The position numbers and the translations under genes are program-made. Shown one piece after another: positions 35,701 through 50,200 of a stretch of DNA of 64,000 bases. Origin of the DNA: Lama guanicoe. Its lineage: Eukaryota. The stretch spans positions 51,394-115,393 of the forward strand of contig MU053876.1 in assembly GCA_013239625.1 (NCBI GenBank). Reading direction: 5' to 3'. The notes beneath the pieces are model-generated. The model was not told the DNA's origin. It saw only the letters and a program-made list of their open reading frames with translations, and ran no database searches. Each line of letters begins with the position of its first letter. Positions within the stretch are counted from its first letter, which is position 1.

Positions 35701-38289
35701 GTTCCAAAATCCTCTTTTTAAAAAAGATGTGCCAACGCACTGATTAAAGATGGGGAGGGGCATTTTTAATGCCAATGAGAGATGGAGGAGCTGTTCGGAG
35801 GAGACAGTCGGTCCCTGGCTCCTGCCCTCTGTGATACAGTAAGAGAGACCAGGACAGGCCCCTCGGGGTGAGTGACCAGCTGTGCTTAGAGCCGTAGGTC
35901 CATCCATGCCCCACCCCTCCTCACACGCAGGGATGGGGGACCACCCTGGAGAGCATTAGCCAACCAAGGACCCTCCCCTGCTCTCGGGTCCTGTTTCCAG
36001 GGAGTGAGGGATGGGGAACTACTTCTGGCCAGTCTCTTTCACTCACACTCTCTCCTGATGTCCTAAATTCCACCTCGTTTCACCGAAAAAGAATTCCCGC
36101 TGATTGTCTCGGTCTGATGTCCATTACGCTGGTGGCCGCAATAGAGCAGTGAGCCGCGAGGCTGGCGACATCCCGGGGGGACAGTGGACCCTGAGAGGAG
36201 AGGTGAGGGCTCACGCAGCCGAGCAGAGAAGCTTCTCAGCATCAGTCAGGCCCTGGTCCCCCCTCACCGACGCCCACATGACAGGTCACGCGAGGCAGCT
36301 CAGGGCTCAGATCTGCTTCCCCGCAGGGGTGTGACTCCCAACACCTGGTCGACCTGGAAACGCACTCTCCTAGACATTCGACTTCTCTGCTGCCAGTGAG
36401 CCTCTCATCCAATTGCAGGCCTCTGCACGATGCCAGCTCAGTTTCTCCCACAGTGACTTGGAATAACCCACATTTGGCTCAAATGGCTAAATCACCTCCA
36501 TCCTCCGACCAGCAGGTTCCAACATGGCAACCAGATCAATAGTCAGGCCATCTAGGCTCATCCCCCAGATGCCCCAGATAATCCGACTGGCTGCGGCACG
36601 GCCCAGTCACAGCGCACAACAGACCATCTGGGGACTGCGTCTCCTCCAAGAGTCACCCGGAGGCCCGTCTGCTGCGAGGCTGCCTCGTCCTGCGGATGGC
36701 GGCAGAGGGTGCAGCCGACCCACCCGCCAGCGAGCCACACTCCTGCCTCTGCAATTCAGCCGCTCGCCTCCCTGCCTTGTCAGTGAACACATCATAACAT
36801 TCAGAATGCAGATTAAACTTTATGGGTGCCATCACCTTGGCCATGTATTGCAGCAGATTGTACAACTGCCTGGTGCTGATAACCCAGCCCAGACTACTCT
36901 GGCATTTTTTTTTTTTTAATTTGGCAGCTGCCATGTAGACCAAGCCACCCTAGTGTCACTTTGCACAATGTGTCACTTTGCACAATGTCTTGGGCTCACA
37001 TATTGGCTACGGTCCTCTGGCACACGAGCAACCCGAGTCAGTCTCAGAGAGCGATGCACAGAAAGTAACGTATCTTGGTAGACTCAAGTTCAAGGTTATT
37101 TCTCAAGGACTTGAGATGTCAGTAGAGGTAAGGTTCTGAGGGGGAACAGGGTTGCACCAAAACACAGGAGGACTTAGCAAACAATAGGTCAGTTTAGGAC
37201 CAACTGGCCCACTACACGGTACCATGTAACTACCAGTTAGAGGGGAAGGGAAAAGGGTTTCTGTGAATAACATGACCCACAAAGGCATCTATGGTTTGTC
37301 CTGACTTTGAAGAAAAGCACGCAGCCTTGGGGTTATGGCCAGAGAGGGGTGAGGGAAGCCAGGGTTTAGGTGACAGTGCACTGGGCAGACAGAGTCCCCT
37401 GATCAGGAACAAACAGCCAGGGAGGAGGCCACAAGCTCTCAGGGGACAAAGATCTGTGCTCAGGAGCCAGAAAGCATCCCCAGAGGTGGCTGCCAGCCGG
37501 GCCACGTCCAGATCACACACTGTGGTGGCTCCTTCTTCAGCCTGTGGCTCCTTTGACTGCTAATTAGTAAACGTCACTCTGTTTCAAACACACCGTCGGT
37601 GATCAAGAGAAGTGAAGGAAGATGAGCAGTGCCGTTGGCATCTCTGCTGCCCGTGGACCCCTTCCTGGAGCGTCTTATAAACCACGTTCTCCCCATCAGC
37701 ATGGACGTTTGCCATCAATTTATCACAGCAAAACGTGGTCACTGGACACTCACATCCTCTTATAAAAGGAGGCTTCCTTGGACAAGCGGGGACCTGGTCC
37801 TCCGTCCAGGTCAGCTGTGCACACTGGATGGCCGGCCAGGCAGTATGCGTCGCGGTGAAGGCCACGTCCCCGAGCCACAGAGGGCCTGACCCCGGCTCCG
37901 TGACGAGACTGGGTGAGTGGCAGGGCCCTGCCTGCATCAGTCCCTTGTCTACGGCCTCACTGTGTGACTGTGAGGATTCTGAGCTTTGTCCTGAGCCGAG
38001 ACACCCGGCACAGGGCCAGGCGCAGACTAACCATGCAGCAAGTGTCAGCGATTATTATTCACATAGCGAGTGGAGCGTCAGCTACGCATGGAGTTTCATT
38101 TTTAAACTGAGTACTTAAGGCCCTCAAGTTATTTGCATCAATCACAAACTTCCTTTTGCTTGAAAGATGGCTCCTATGGACTCACTGAGATAAAGCTTTT
38201 CTCCATTTCCCACCCAGAACCTCCTGTGCTTGTGACTCTGAAATAGACAGAACGGGGCACCTCCGTCCATCCTGGTGCGCAGGGCAGGC

Positions 38290-38585
38290 GGGGCCTGGGG
38301 AATGGGACCAGCCTCAGGAGTGGCCGTCGCCAAAGGCCAGGGGCAACCGGTCTACCCCAGCCTCCGCCCCGAGGGTGGGCGAGCACTGAGGTGTGTGCCC
38401 ATACTGGTTCCAGAGCCCCCGCAGCAAAACCGAGCCCCAGCGGCCCACATGGACAACTTGGCCACAACAAACTTTCCGCGCCCTCTCCGAGGGCCTCCCT
38501 ACTGGGGTCTCTGGAATCACCTTCCAAATAAATCACCTGAGCGCAAATCGTTATCTGATTCTGGGAGGGACTCCAACTCAAGACA
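38290..38585 (+). mobile_element. LTR16-like ERVL LTR relic
   Basis: 3' end tctggaatcaccttccaaataaatcacct...tctgggagggactccaactcaagaca. Confidence 0.6.
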
Positions 38586-38639
38586 GTCAGCAACATAAAT
38601 ACACAAGCTGAAGAAAATGGGTTTTAAACATATTTGTCT

Positions 38640-38735
38640 CCAATCACTTTGCTGCACACCTGAAACTAACATTGTACACTGTCTACACTTCAATAAAAAA
38701 TAAGAATTAAACACTTTTTAAACTAAAAAAAAATT
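38640..38735 (+). mobile_element. Short L1 3' tail
   Basis: aatcactttgctgcacacctgaaactaacattgt...cttcaataaaaaa. Confidence 0.75.
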
Positions 38736-40140
38736 CGTCTCCAAATTCAAAAATTATTAAGATCACACCAATCGAATTCAAGATGTTCCAGTGCATCCCA
38801 GTTTGTGTAGAATTTGAATATTTAGATATTTAGATATTCAATGGTTTCAGGAGAACTTTTTACTTCTTTTTAAAATCTTTGGCTCACAAATGCCGTTACA
38901 CAGTGAATATTTCTATTCTTCAGTCTCATTTGAGACTGGAAGAATGGCTTTGACCTTGTTGAGAGCCACTTCACCTCTGTGGGCCCCAAGCTAACTTTGT
39001 CTCCTGCCCCCAAGCTTCCATTTAATGTTAACAGAACATGACTTTCCAGTTCAAATAAAAGTATCTTTGAAAAGGCTTATACGATGGCTCAGAAGATGTG
39101 CTGCTGTTTGAAATGACTCTGAGGGGTATAAATGAACCAGGAACACAGATTAAGTTTCCCTTGAAACACAGAGTTTTCAAAAGAAAGGAATCCTTGGTGG
39201 AAACTATTATAAGGATTTCCTGCTTTGTTCTGTTTGTTGTTTCACTTTGTTAAACATTGGAAGGACTGTTGAAAATGTTCTCTTCGATAAAAATGCCCCT
39301 GAATTCTCTTTAAATTGCCGTTAAGAGACAATCATTTCGATGGGGAATAAATATTTAAAGTTCCTGTTACTTAAAAGGCTCTGTCAATCCAGAAAAAAAT
39401 TGTTTTAATGCCCTAAAATCAAATATCTTTAGGGATTGTGCAATCTAAGATGAACAGACTTCATCATATGTTTACATTTATGCCAAATCAGCATTTCAGC
39501 TCATGAAAACAACCTGTAACAATCTGTAAGAAAGACTGAAATTCCTTTACATTTTGCAAATTTATTTGCTTGCTTTTCCATCAAAGCGAAAAAAATTCTT
39601 TCTGGTAAATTATTATCATACTCAGTGTCTCCATGTTTTCAACACTTCATCCTAACTAAATATGCACTAAAGAAAGATTTTTTAACAAAATATTTTGCCT
39701 CTGCAAGACTAGGCTAATACAAAATTCTGTCGAGATTTAAAAAACTTATTGTTTTCATAACCTGTGCTCTAGAGCAGACACAGAGCTGAGAAAAGTTGAT
39801 TATAAAAGATACAACACATGCCTGGTCCTCAAACATTTTAAATTAACTTGCTTTGGTAAAAATGGACAGTCGTGGGTTCTGGGTAATCTGTTCACTAAGA
39901 GCATTTCCTCGTGGGTATTTCTAATATTTTGCCTCTTATAATTTGAATGGCCTCTTATTTTTATTTAAGAAGAAAAGGTACATATAGTGATTACTTTTGT
40001 TACTACTAATATTCATACATATGTATTTTATAGACGTATGAAAAAGAACGTGTCTTCCTTCCCACAAACAAATCCTAGTCTGTAAATCGTTGTCCTTTTT
40101 TCTTTCTCATCTCAGTATGACCTCTCCAGTCTCTTGCCTC

Positions 40141-40430
40141 TGCACATCCCACACCATGCACATACACACACACCACACCAAATCCACACCACACACACAA
40201 CACACACATTTATACACACATCACACACACATACACATGCATCACACACCCCACACATACATATACACATATACACACATATACATATCTGCAAACACCA
40301 CATACACACACCACATACACACACCACACACATCTATACACACACATACATATCTATACACTCCTACACACACACATCACACACACTTATCCACACACAC
40401 ACACGACACACCACACACAGACACACAGAC
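40141..40430. repeat. Degenerate (CA/TA)-rich low-complexity tract
   Basis: Direct inspection. It explains the His/Thr-rich ORFs here. Confidence 0.9.
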
Positions 40431-41867
40431 TCTCTGGTGTCCTCTCTGATCCTTTCCTTCTCTCTACCCCACGTCCCCCTTACTCTCTGTATGCCTCTCA
40501 ATGAAATTTACTCTCCAGAATTAAAGCGCAAAGCAAACAATGAATTTGCCAAGATTACACTGATAAAAGGAGCCAGCCAGCAAGAGAAGCAGGCAGCTTT
40601 ATAAAGAGAGACCAGCACAGGCGCCCTGGTTTATACGACACTGTAAACGTCCAGGGTGAGTGGAAGCTGTGATTCACGCCTCTCTGCAGGGCGTTAACCT
40701 ACTAAAGTGAGGACACACTTGGTTATCTGATGGGAGACGCAAGAGGAGAAGGTCTGGATGGCTCTGAACTGCAGACACCAGCCCCTGTGGCCCAGGCAGG
40801 ACTCGCCGTCCGCTGATCGTCCATTCACCGTGTTTTTTTCAGTGAGACAGAAAAGAGGGGAGATCCACAGCAGAGGCCGACAGAACATTAAGGAAACAAA
40901 AGAATTCCGTTTGTTCTTCTGCTGTGGAGCTAACACATGTCGATTTGAGAGCCGATGTCTTGATAAATAGATACTGATGGAGCACATTACTTCCTGCAGT
41001 GACAGGAACATTCTAACAAATTCGTGTCACCGCCTATAGAATTCATTGGCGAGCACCGATGGCTTTAATGACGTCCGGAAGCTTCCAGCAGCAGCTGTAA
41101 TCAAAGGTGGACTCCTACCTGTGAATTCCCTGATGCTTCATTCCGGCTACAAATATTTGCCTATTTTGACTCAGCAGCCATGTTTATATGTTTGTATAAC
41201 GACTCATTTACAGAAACAGGTCTGTTTAAAGGGGACCAGTATCCAGGGCCCGGTTCAAATTCAGGGAACAAGGGAGGAGGGGTCCAAGCCCCCCAGAGAG
41301 AGACTGAAATGTGAAGCTGGATTTGGGAGAAAGTCAATGGCAAAATCTACATCAGACGGTGAAATCTACATCAGACAGTGATGTCAGCCTCTGCCGTGCT
41401 GGCCGCGCCCTCCTCTCCACCCTGCTGGCCTCTGACCGTGCAGTTCCCTCCGCCTGGGCTGTTCTTTTCCAGACACACGCAGGGCTCTCTGCTCAAAAGT
41501 CTATCTGAGGAAGTTTCCTGACACCCTAAATCAAATACACAAAATAGCATCCTTCATCTTTATGTCCTTTTTCTTCTTAGCTTCATGTCATCACTGACCT
41601 GGTCTGTAAATTTATTTTTATTACTGTATCTTTTATCCACTAGAATTTACTTCATTCCTTTTTGTTTACTGCTTGCCTGAGATCCTAGAAGAATGTCCAG
41701 TGGGCATTAAATAAATATTTGTTGACTTGACTAGAAGGTAACTGGGAGGCATTAAACGCATTTATTTTGACTAATGTGATCTCAATGCCATCAAGTCACC
41801 GTGACAAGTGAAAAGACATGGCTCTTTTCCTCGAGATGCTTATTTGGTTAGACAAGCCTGTCACACA

Positions 41868-42392
41868 TTATATTAGCTTTCAATTCCTGGGTAACAAATT
41901 ACCCCAAACATTGGCAGCTTAAAACAATGAAGATTTATTAGCACACACGGTTTCTGTGGCTCGGAATCTAGGAGTGGCTTGGCTGGGTGGTTCTGATTCA
42001 GGGTGTCTCATGAGGTGACAGTCAAGACACTGGCTGGGCCTGGTCACCTGAAGGCTGCCCGGCATCGGTGGGTCGCTTCCAAATGAGCTCACCCACACGG
42101 CTGCCAAGTTAGAGCTGGCTGTTGGCGGAGGCTTCGGTGGTTCGCCCCACGGACTCTCCAGAGGGCTGCTTGAGTGTTCTTATGACCTGCCGCTGACTCC
42201 TTCCTGATGGGTGACCCAGGAGGGCGCCAAGGGAGACCCCAGTGTCTCCTATGACCTCACCTTGGGGGGTGTCCTCTGCCACGTCTGTGACGCCTCAATG
42301 GCTATACGGGTGGGCCCCATTCACTGCAGGAAGGACACCATAAAAGTGTGGCTGCCAGGCACTGACACCCATCTTGAAGACGGGCCACCACA
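41868..42392 (-). mobile_element. MaLR (MLT1F/G-like) LTR
   Basis: gtaacaaattaccccaaa...ggcagcttaaaacaa...ggagtggcttggctgggtggttctg...tctcatgagg. Confidence 0.75.
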
Positions 42393-42729
42393 CACATACA
42401 ATCAGCAAGCACATGTGCCCATGTGTGATTAAGGGCCAAACTGCGAAAACAGCCTAGGTTTAACGTTTCGAGAACTTGAACTTCTATAGCTGGAAAGGTT
42501 TAATTAGCGAGACGGCAAATTTAATCCTCATTTGGGCAACGGTTCCAGATATTTTCATAACATATACTCCATCGATTTCTTCAGTAACTATTGTTTGATT
42601 AAATAGTTCTCCATTAGCTAACTATTTGTAAACAATACTTATTAAGCCCTTGCTTGCTGCGCTGGGTCCAAATGTTATGAACGAAGCCCAGAGCCTGGGA
42701 AGGCCGCTGTGTATAAGGTCAAAACTTTG

Positions 42730-42867
42730 TTTTTTTAAACAATTTTTTGGAAGGAGGAGGTAATTAGGTTTATTTATTTATTTTTTTACTGGAGGTACTG
42801 AGGATTGAACCCACGACCTCATGCGTGCTAGGCATGCGCTCTACCACTGAGCTACACCCTCCCTGCC
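42730..42867 (-). mobile_element. vic-1-like SINE with perfect 15-bp TSD
   Basis: TSD aaggtcaaaactttg at 42715-42729 and 42868-42882. Confidence 0.92.
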
Positions 42868-44069
42868 AAGGTCAAAACTTTGGAGCAAGACTGGCCTGGA
42901 CTGAATTTAAGTACTTTGTACAGGGGGGGCAAGAACCATCGTCCAAAGCCCGTTTTTCTCTGGACACTAAAAACAGAAATGACAAATACACAAAATATTC
43001 ACATTATATGAATGGAAAATCAAAGAGTCATTGTGTTCTCATTAGAAGCCATCTCAATTTACTCCAAGAAAGGTGGAGTTCGGAAGTAATCAGCCAAGTA
43101 ATCGAACATCAAAACACTCACAGATCGTGATGACAAGACGTCAAGGAAGGACACCTGACTACTTCCATAAATGGGACCAGTGGAGACCGGTCTAACCCTC
43201 TGAAGTATCTCTACCCTCACCCCCGACCTGAACAGCATGTAACCTCGCAGATTGTTAATGTCGCAGTCCACCGGAACATGCTGCAGAGCGGTGACTCTCC
43301 GCTGCTATTTGCCACACCAAAGGTGGACCAAAAGGACACTCAGCGTCTAAATCAAGTGACCACCGATTCTATTAACACCACCTCGTCTCCCTTCCATTGC
43401 CAGATTAATGATTGCTATCTCAGTTACTTTCAGGCCCAAGCCTGTGGCCTGTGTTGGTGCTAACTTCCATCCCTCTCTAAGGAATGAGGGCAAAACTGCC
43501 ATCTCATAGCCGTCTGGCCAATGTTCTTTAAGACAGAGGTTAACCCAATGCACTGTTCTAAGTAACAGAAAACTCAGGCAGAAGCCAGACCCCGGGGCTC
43601 TCAGGCACGTCTGGTGGAGGCTAACCCAGGACAGACATGAAGAGTCTGACGCTGTGCAGACACTGACTTACTAATTTCTCTGCTAGGAGTGACCACACAC
43701 GGGAGAGCACATTAAGATGGGATAGTGAGCATGCTCATGGCAGGGGGGACTTGTAATTGTGAAAACAGAAACAAATTAAATGCTGAAGAGCGTATCTCAT
43801 TGTGTGGCTATAAATACATAAGTACACAAAAAGCAACAGGAAAAAATCATGTGATGAACATTACCTATGGGCTTTAAAAAATACACATTTATTTGGAAAC
43901 AACGTTCTAAGGCTTTTTCAAGTGTCAGCAATGATTTCTCTGCGGCTGGTAGGACTGTAGGGGATGCGCAGTTTCTGATTGAAATGTTTTCTTTTTCAGC
44001 GAGCACAGGTAGCAGGTGCCCTGCTGCCGACTTTGGCTCCGGGGTCGGCTGCCTGACGGTTTTGGCTAC

Positions 44070-44592
44070 CGGGATGTTGCAAGCATGCGCAGTGGGAGCA
44101 GAGGCTTGGAGAGCACCCTTGCCCTTGTCGCTCTGACCCCGGGGGGCCTTCCGGGGTCAGACCCCTCCCCCTGTCCTCTGCTGCAGCTCCTCTATGAAGC
44201 ATCCAGATAATAGTATCTCATGTATATTTCCAGAGTGTTTCAGATGCTTAAAGCCACCCCCAAAGGGAAGAAATTAACTACTTGATGAAGGAGGGCACAT
44301 TGCCTCGAGACCTTCTGGCGCCTGGGGGTTGACGGTGTTGACTGCTCTGTTACCCCCACACCAACCAATCAGGATTGTGCACGAGCTGATCACTTACCCT
44401 GTGCTTTGCCCTCCCTCATCTGCCTTTAAATATGCTTTGCTGAAACCCTTTGGGGAATTTGGGGTTTTCTTGGGCACGAGCCACCCCTCCTCCTTGCTCG
44501 GCCCTGTAATAAACATTTCTCTGCTCAAACTTTGATGTTTCAGTTTGTTCAGCCTCATGGTGCAGCAGGCACACGAACTTGCCTTGGTGACA
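44070..44592 (+). mobile_element. ERV1-like LTR (5' boundary approximate)
   Basis: CCAAT (~44365), TATA-like tttaaata (~44425), AATAAA (~44508) and a ...ggtgaCA terminus, in LTR order. Confidence 0.7.
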
Positions 44593-45044
44593 CAAGGCTG
44601 TGCGGGTCGGCAGAGGGAAGGCGGCGTGGGAAGCAGAGTTGGGCTGCCTGATTTCCCACCTTAGGCTGCCCTAGCTCACCCGAGAGCCAGCCATCCCGGA
44701 TAAGCCCAGCAAGAGGGACAGAGCCCTGCGGGGCAGATCTGCACCCACCTGCCTGAGACTGGCAGCAAGTAATCACGCCCACCAGCCCCGCAGGGTCCCC
44801 AGACTCAAAAATGTGCTTTGCTGTCCGCCCCGGCACCCCGCGGTTGCCTGCTGGCCTGCATTAATGTAGCCATCCGTAGCCAGGAGAGCACCAGTCTGTT
44901 GTCAGGCGGGAGGGGAACTGGAAGGAAAAGCAACGACCACCGCGGGCTCAAACCACAGATGTCTGAGAACAGAAGCTGGCAGAAGACATTTCTGTACAGG
45001 CTGGACTGGCAGAAAGTTTAAAATCAATCTAAAAATGGAGCTGA

Positions 45045-45329
<285 letters not shown>

Positions 45330-45893
45330 TGACTTGAACAGAAGAAAATGATTTTAAGCTTTCACAGAGGACAAATGAAAAGGATCTGCCTGTAAGCTTT
45401 CTGACAGCCAGAGACCCGCTGCCATTTAAAACTCTGCGGCTGCGATGTATTCCCAGGCAGCCCAGAGTTTAATAAGACTCGGTGGAGACACCTAACCTTC
45501 CAGTCCCAGACTGCCTGCCAGCAGCCCTAAGGCGCTCGCTCTGGAAACTGACAGTCTGAGCTAACGTCGGGGCACGGACACGCTCAGACACGGGGCACAG
45601 GGATGTCTGCCTGCTGGTCCCTGCCTCTCCCCATCCCCCATGCATGCAAAGCACAGGGTGGTCTGGCATTCCCAGACCCCTTGTGTCCATCCTGGGGGTC
45701 ACCCCCACACCTGCCTTCCCCGCCGCCCCCTGCAGTCTGGTCGCTCTGCTGGTCCTTCTTGTTCACACCTCTCGGCTGGCTCAGCCTGTGGCTCTCCTCC
45801 TCCTCTCTTCTCGCTTCCACCTCTGGCTTCACTTCACGGGACTCACTCCCCAGAGAGACCGTAAAAATGATGATTACATAATATACAACAAGC

Positions 45894-45968
45894 CAGGTTG
45901 AACCCAGGACCTCGCTCATGCGAAGAACACGCTCCACCACTGAGCGGTACCCACCCCCTCCCACCCCA
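45894..45968 (-). mobile_element. Truncated vic-1-like SINE (tRNA head only)
   Basis: ttgaacccaggacctcgctcatgcgaagaacacgctccaccactgagc. Confidence 0.75.
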
Positions 45969-46854
45969 CCCGGTGCTCTGCATGTCTTAACCCGTTTGAC
46001 TCCGCTCCACAAATCCAGGGGGTCAGCATCATCACCAGCACCACTGATCCCAGTTTTCAGAAAGAAAAGTGAGGCACAGAGGCTGAAGCACCTCGCCCAG
46101 AGCAGCAGGATCAGTTCACGGGCCTGGAGGTCACGTGTGCACTGTTTTGTTCCTAGCGTCCACCCTATTGAATGGACGAATGAAGGGAAACATCCCCACG
46201 AAGCTGTTCCTGCGGCAGAATCAACCTCACTCTCCTTTGCTTTCAAATCTCCACTCTAGGACTTAACACGTTCTCTCTCCCTCCTAAGGTTGGAGCCCAA
46301 TTTCCAAATAATCTGCGCTTTCACGCCCTGCCGTACATTCACACCCCCACCTCCTCTGCGGGGGAGAAGTCAGGCTTTCACAGATCAGGAATTTCTGGTC
46401 TGGGCCCTGCCGGACAGGCTGAGAGAGGGCCAGGAGGCCACGGGAGAGGTGGGGAGAAGGGCTGTGGGCAGGAGTGGGTAAAATCTGGACCCAGACAGAC
46501 TTCGCAGCTCAAAATCCAAAGTGCTAAGGAAGTCGTGGGGAACCCAAGGTGGACGGAAAAATATGCATACTTTTGTCAAATGAGGCTTCCCCACTCCAAG
46601 TGATCATTATAGAGTCTAAAAATACTTACAAAGGAGAAGTGGTCTGCTCTGATAAGCCCTTAGTGACATGCTGGTGGTGCCAGAAGCTGGGAAGATCCCG
46701 GGCGGAGGCCCTGGGCTAGCACGCCGGGTCCAACCCACGAGGCAGGACTATCTGACAGCAGCTCCACCCCGAGGAAAAAGCACTGCGGGTACAGCTGGGA
46801 AGCTGACACCACAACTGGTCTGTTGGACATTGTTGTTGGGACCAAGAAGCCAAG

Positions 46855-47275
46855 TGTATAAGTCAGTTATGGCCACAGTGATGCTGTGTAATGAAGCGCC
46901 TCAAAGCTCAGTGGCTAAAAGCAACAGTTCTTTAGGCTGTGGAGCTAGAGGTCAGCTGGGGCAGCTCTCTTCATTCTGCAGGTCTCTGGGTCTGAGTCCT
47001 CTCCACTGTCTCTTCCCTGCCCTGAACCAGAGGGCTCGCTGGGGTGCGTTTTCTCATGGTGAGGGCAGAGGCCCAAGAGGAAAAGAAGAAACAAGCCTCT
47101 TAAGGCCTTGATTGAAAACTGGCACTATCACTTTAGCCCAATTTCACAGATGGAATGAAAGGCCAAGCCCAGTATCACATGGTGGGAAGGTGTACTCTGC
47201 CTGTGATGGGCTGTGGTCCGAGCACAGTGCCGGGAGACACAGAGAACCTGGGCCAACAATCCAATCAGCCACTGC
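46855..47275 (-). mobile_element. Old MaLR (MLT1J/K-like) LTR relic
   Basis: tgtataagtcagttatggccacagtgatgctgtgtaa...ctcagtggctaaaagcaac. Confidence 0.55.
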
Positions 47276-50200
47276 CCACCTCCATGGACGCATTATTCAT
47301 ATCCCTTTAACGTGAAAAACACCCCATCTCCATCAAAGGACACCCTGAAGTCTCACTCAGTCCCGGTACCAGGCTCCATATTTAGGACTTCAGGATGTAC
47401 ACATGGTCCAGATGTGACTAGTCCTATGAACTACAAGCACAAGTTACTGGCCCATCTGCACCCCCCCCCACAGCCACACAACACACACTGGTGTGACAGG
47501 GACAGGATCATCACAATGGACACCCCCATTCAAAGAGGAAACTCAGTCCTGAGCAATTCTAGAATTCCTCTAGGCAAATCAGACAAGTTCCCCTGCCCGT
47601 GTGAGTAGAAAGTGTTTCTTGATTCCTGCTTCTTTTCCCAGGGGAAGGGGAGGGACGGTGGGGGCCGGGGCAGGGGACGGGACCCCCCAGTCCACGCTCT
47701 CTACGTGGCTCTGTCCTCTGCGATACCCTTGCCATTGTGTTCCTCATTGCTTCTGACGAGGACACCAACTTAAACCTTTTTTTAGTGGCTGAGTTTCCCC
47801 AGCCCGTTTGCTACCTGAAGAAAACTGAGGCTCAGAGGTTTTTCTCCCTCTGTTTCAGTTTCTTATTCAGGCTAACTGTACTCTGGTAATACCCCTTTCT
47901 CTACTACTTAGTGGGTTTTCTATGTATTTGCCCGGAGTTCATTCCATGAGTCAAAAATCACGATTGTTTTTTTCAAGACATGCTTCTCCCCAGACTTAAT
48001 TACGAGCCCTCTGGGCACGTCAGGTGTCTGTGGGACCCTGCCCCTGCCCAGCTGGAAGATCTACTAAAAGCCATTTTGTAATATTTTGCAGCGTTATAAC
48101 CAAGCCCTCGACTGGGTCTTTGCCCCGAGGTCATGTTTTCCTGCAAATCCCCTGGTCTTGTCTCTCGCTCTCAGATCCACCAGCCAATCCCGGGACTTCA
48201 TCTTGGCTGCATCTAACTTTGAGAATCTTTTCCTGCCTGGATGGGCTAAAGATACCAGTTGTTTTTTTTTTTTTTTTTCTAAGTAGCAACTTCCCGGCTG
48301 CTTGCCAAATGTTCTTTGCTTGGTTTTTGCTTTGAGCATCTCTTTCTTATAGTAATTTAACTATACGTATTTAAAAGCAAACAACTCATCCTTTCAAAGT
48401 CTGTCTTAGGAATTTCTCCCTCCTCTTTCTCTCTGCCCTTTCACTTGGCTGCGCTGCTTACCACCATGCAACGAATCAGTGGGTGGAATCAAAATCCTAA
48501 TATTTAGATTTGTTGACACAGAATTTCCCACTTGGACCATAAGAACAAATTTATCTGTACCGACCAACACTTCTGGAACTCTATTGAGAGACATCAAGAA
48601 TTGGTTCAGCTCTAAAGAAATACTATTTTTAAATTGTATTCTGTCCAGAGCTCCTGTTGGGACCCGAGAGAGAGAAAAATGACAGAGCAAGACTTGGATG
48701 TTTTGAGAATTTTCAAAATTGTACCTCTGTCCCTTGGAAGGGCCACAGGTGCAAATCTGACTGGCCTAGAAGGAACTGGAACAGACTCAACTATCTGTCA
48801 GCCCTAGGACACGGTGCAGTCATGGATTACCAGCTCCGATCTGGTTCCATCTAAGCCCTGCACAGGTGACCTCAGCCATGCGAATGCAGGTTCCTCTAGA
48901 AAGAACTAACCACTCACTTTTTCCACAAAGACTAGACTGATTTACACAGTTCATTATAGTATCTGGGTCTGTCTGTGGATAGATTAATTGTCTGTGGCCC
49001 ACTACACTCCACTGCAGAGCCAGTGAGGCCAAGGCTGTACCACCACAGACTTTTGCAAGGACACAGGTCCATGTCCCTCTTCACCCCACGGGTAGCAAAA
49101 AGAGACGAATCCATTCAAAGTCCACAGTTTGTCCCCAGTAAAGATGCAGCTAAGCCTCTTACCAATGGAAATCCCTGCGCAAGTTCACCTCGCGTAGGGT
49201 GGAAGGCCCAGGTCTTCCCGGAATTTAGGGCAACAGAGCTGGCTTTGGTGCCCAACTCTCCAGGGTCTGCAGATCTAACCTGGGACTCAGTTTCCAATAA
49301 ATGCAGAACTTTATGGAGGCTGCAGACTAGGACCCAGATCCTTCCAAAGAGGATCAGTCAGCCACTCCTCAGACTGGACAAAGTTGGGGCTCTTTTTCCA
49401 AAACCCGAATGTTTGGCAGAAGGCCCAGACATACTGCCTTATACCTCACATATCAAATATGGTTTAGCTCGTGTACTTAGAACTTAACTTTGGCCGGTAG
49501 GTAGATGCAATTTCCTTATGAAGTTTTCCTCTGGGCCCAGCAAGAAGCTCTAGCTATAAATGTAGGGTGTGGCCCCAGAAGTCAGCTAATAACACATAGT
49601 CCTTGGTCCCAGAGCCGCAGAAGCAGCTGCATGGCCTCTGGCTCTGCTGGAAGGAAGATGTAAATCCCCTGGGGTGGGGGGGGGTATGGTCCTAACTTGC
49701 ATAGTTAGCCACCTGTTAGGACTCTTACCTGCGCTCCGTGCAGCTGACCATGTTCCCTTTCACAGCGACCTCCACTTCAGAGATGGAGAGAAGTGTAGGC
49801 GCAGAGAAGTTCAGCAACGCACGCGGGTCCCCCGGCACCGGGGTCTGAAGGCAGGGCGTGCTCCCGCAGTCCCGCCTCTGTGCCGGCTCCAGGTTGGGGG
49901 CCGCCTCTGCACGCGGGATGGTCACCCGTGCGGAGGGCCTGCCCGCCGGGAACCGCTCTCAGCCCTGAAGACAGAGATGTTAGCTGATCGCACCTGCATC
50001 CCACCCAGAAATGCGAAAGCCTGTATCTTCACACGGATGGGGGCTCCCCCGGCCTCTTCTTGGAAGGAGGCTGCAGTTTTGTCTGCAGAAAAGCCCATTA
50101 AATGTCTGTTCTCAGAATCACTTTGCGCGGCTCAAGAACACAAAGACCTCAGTGGACACTGCAGACACTGCAGAGGTGGATTCGGTCTGGCAAGTTCAGC

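Noticed and set aside
40090..40604. His/Thr-rich and Cys/Val-rich ORFs
   Set aside because: Translation of a (CA)-rich low-complexity tract.
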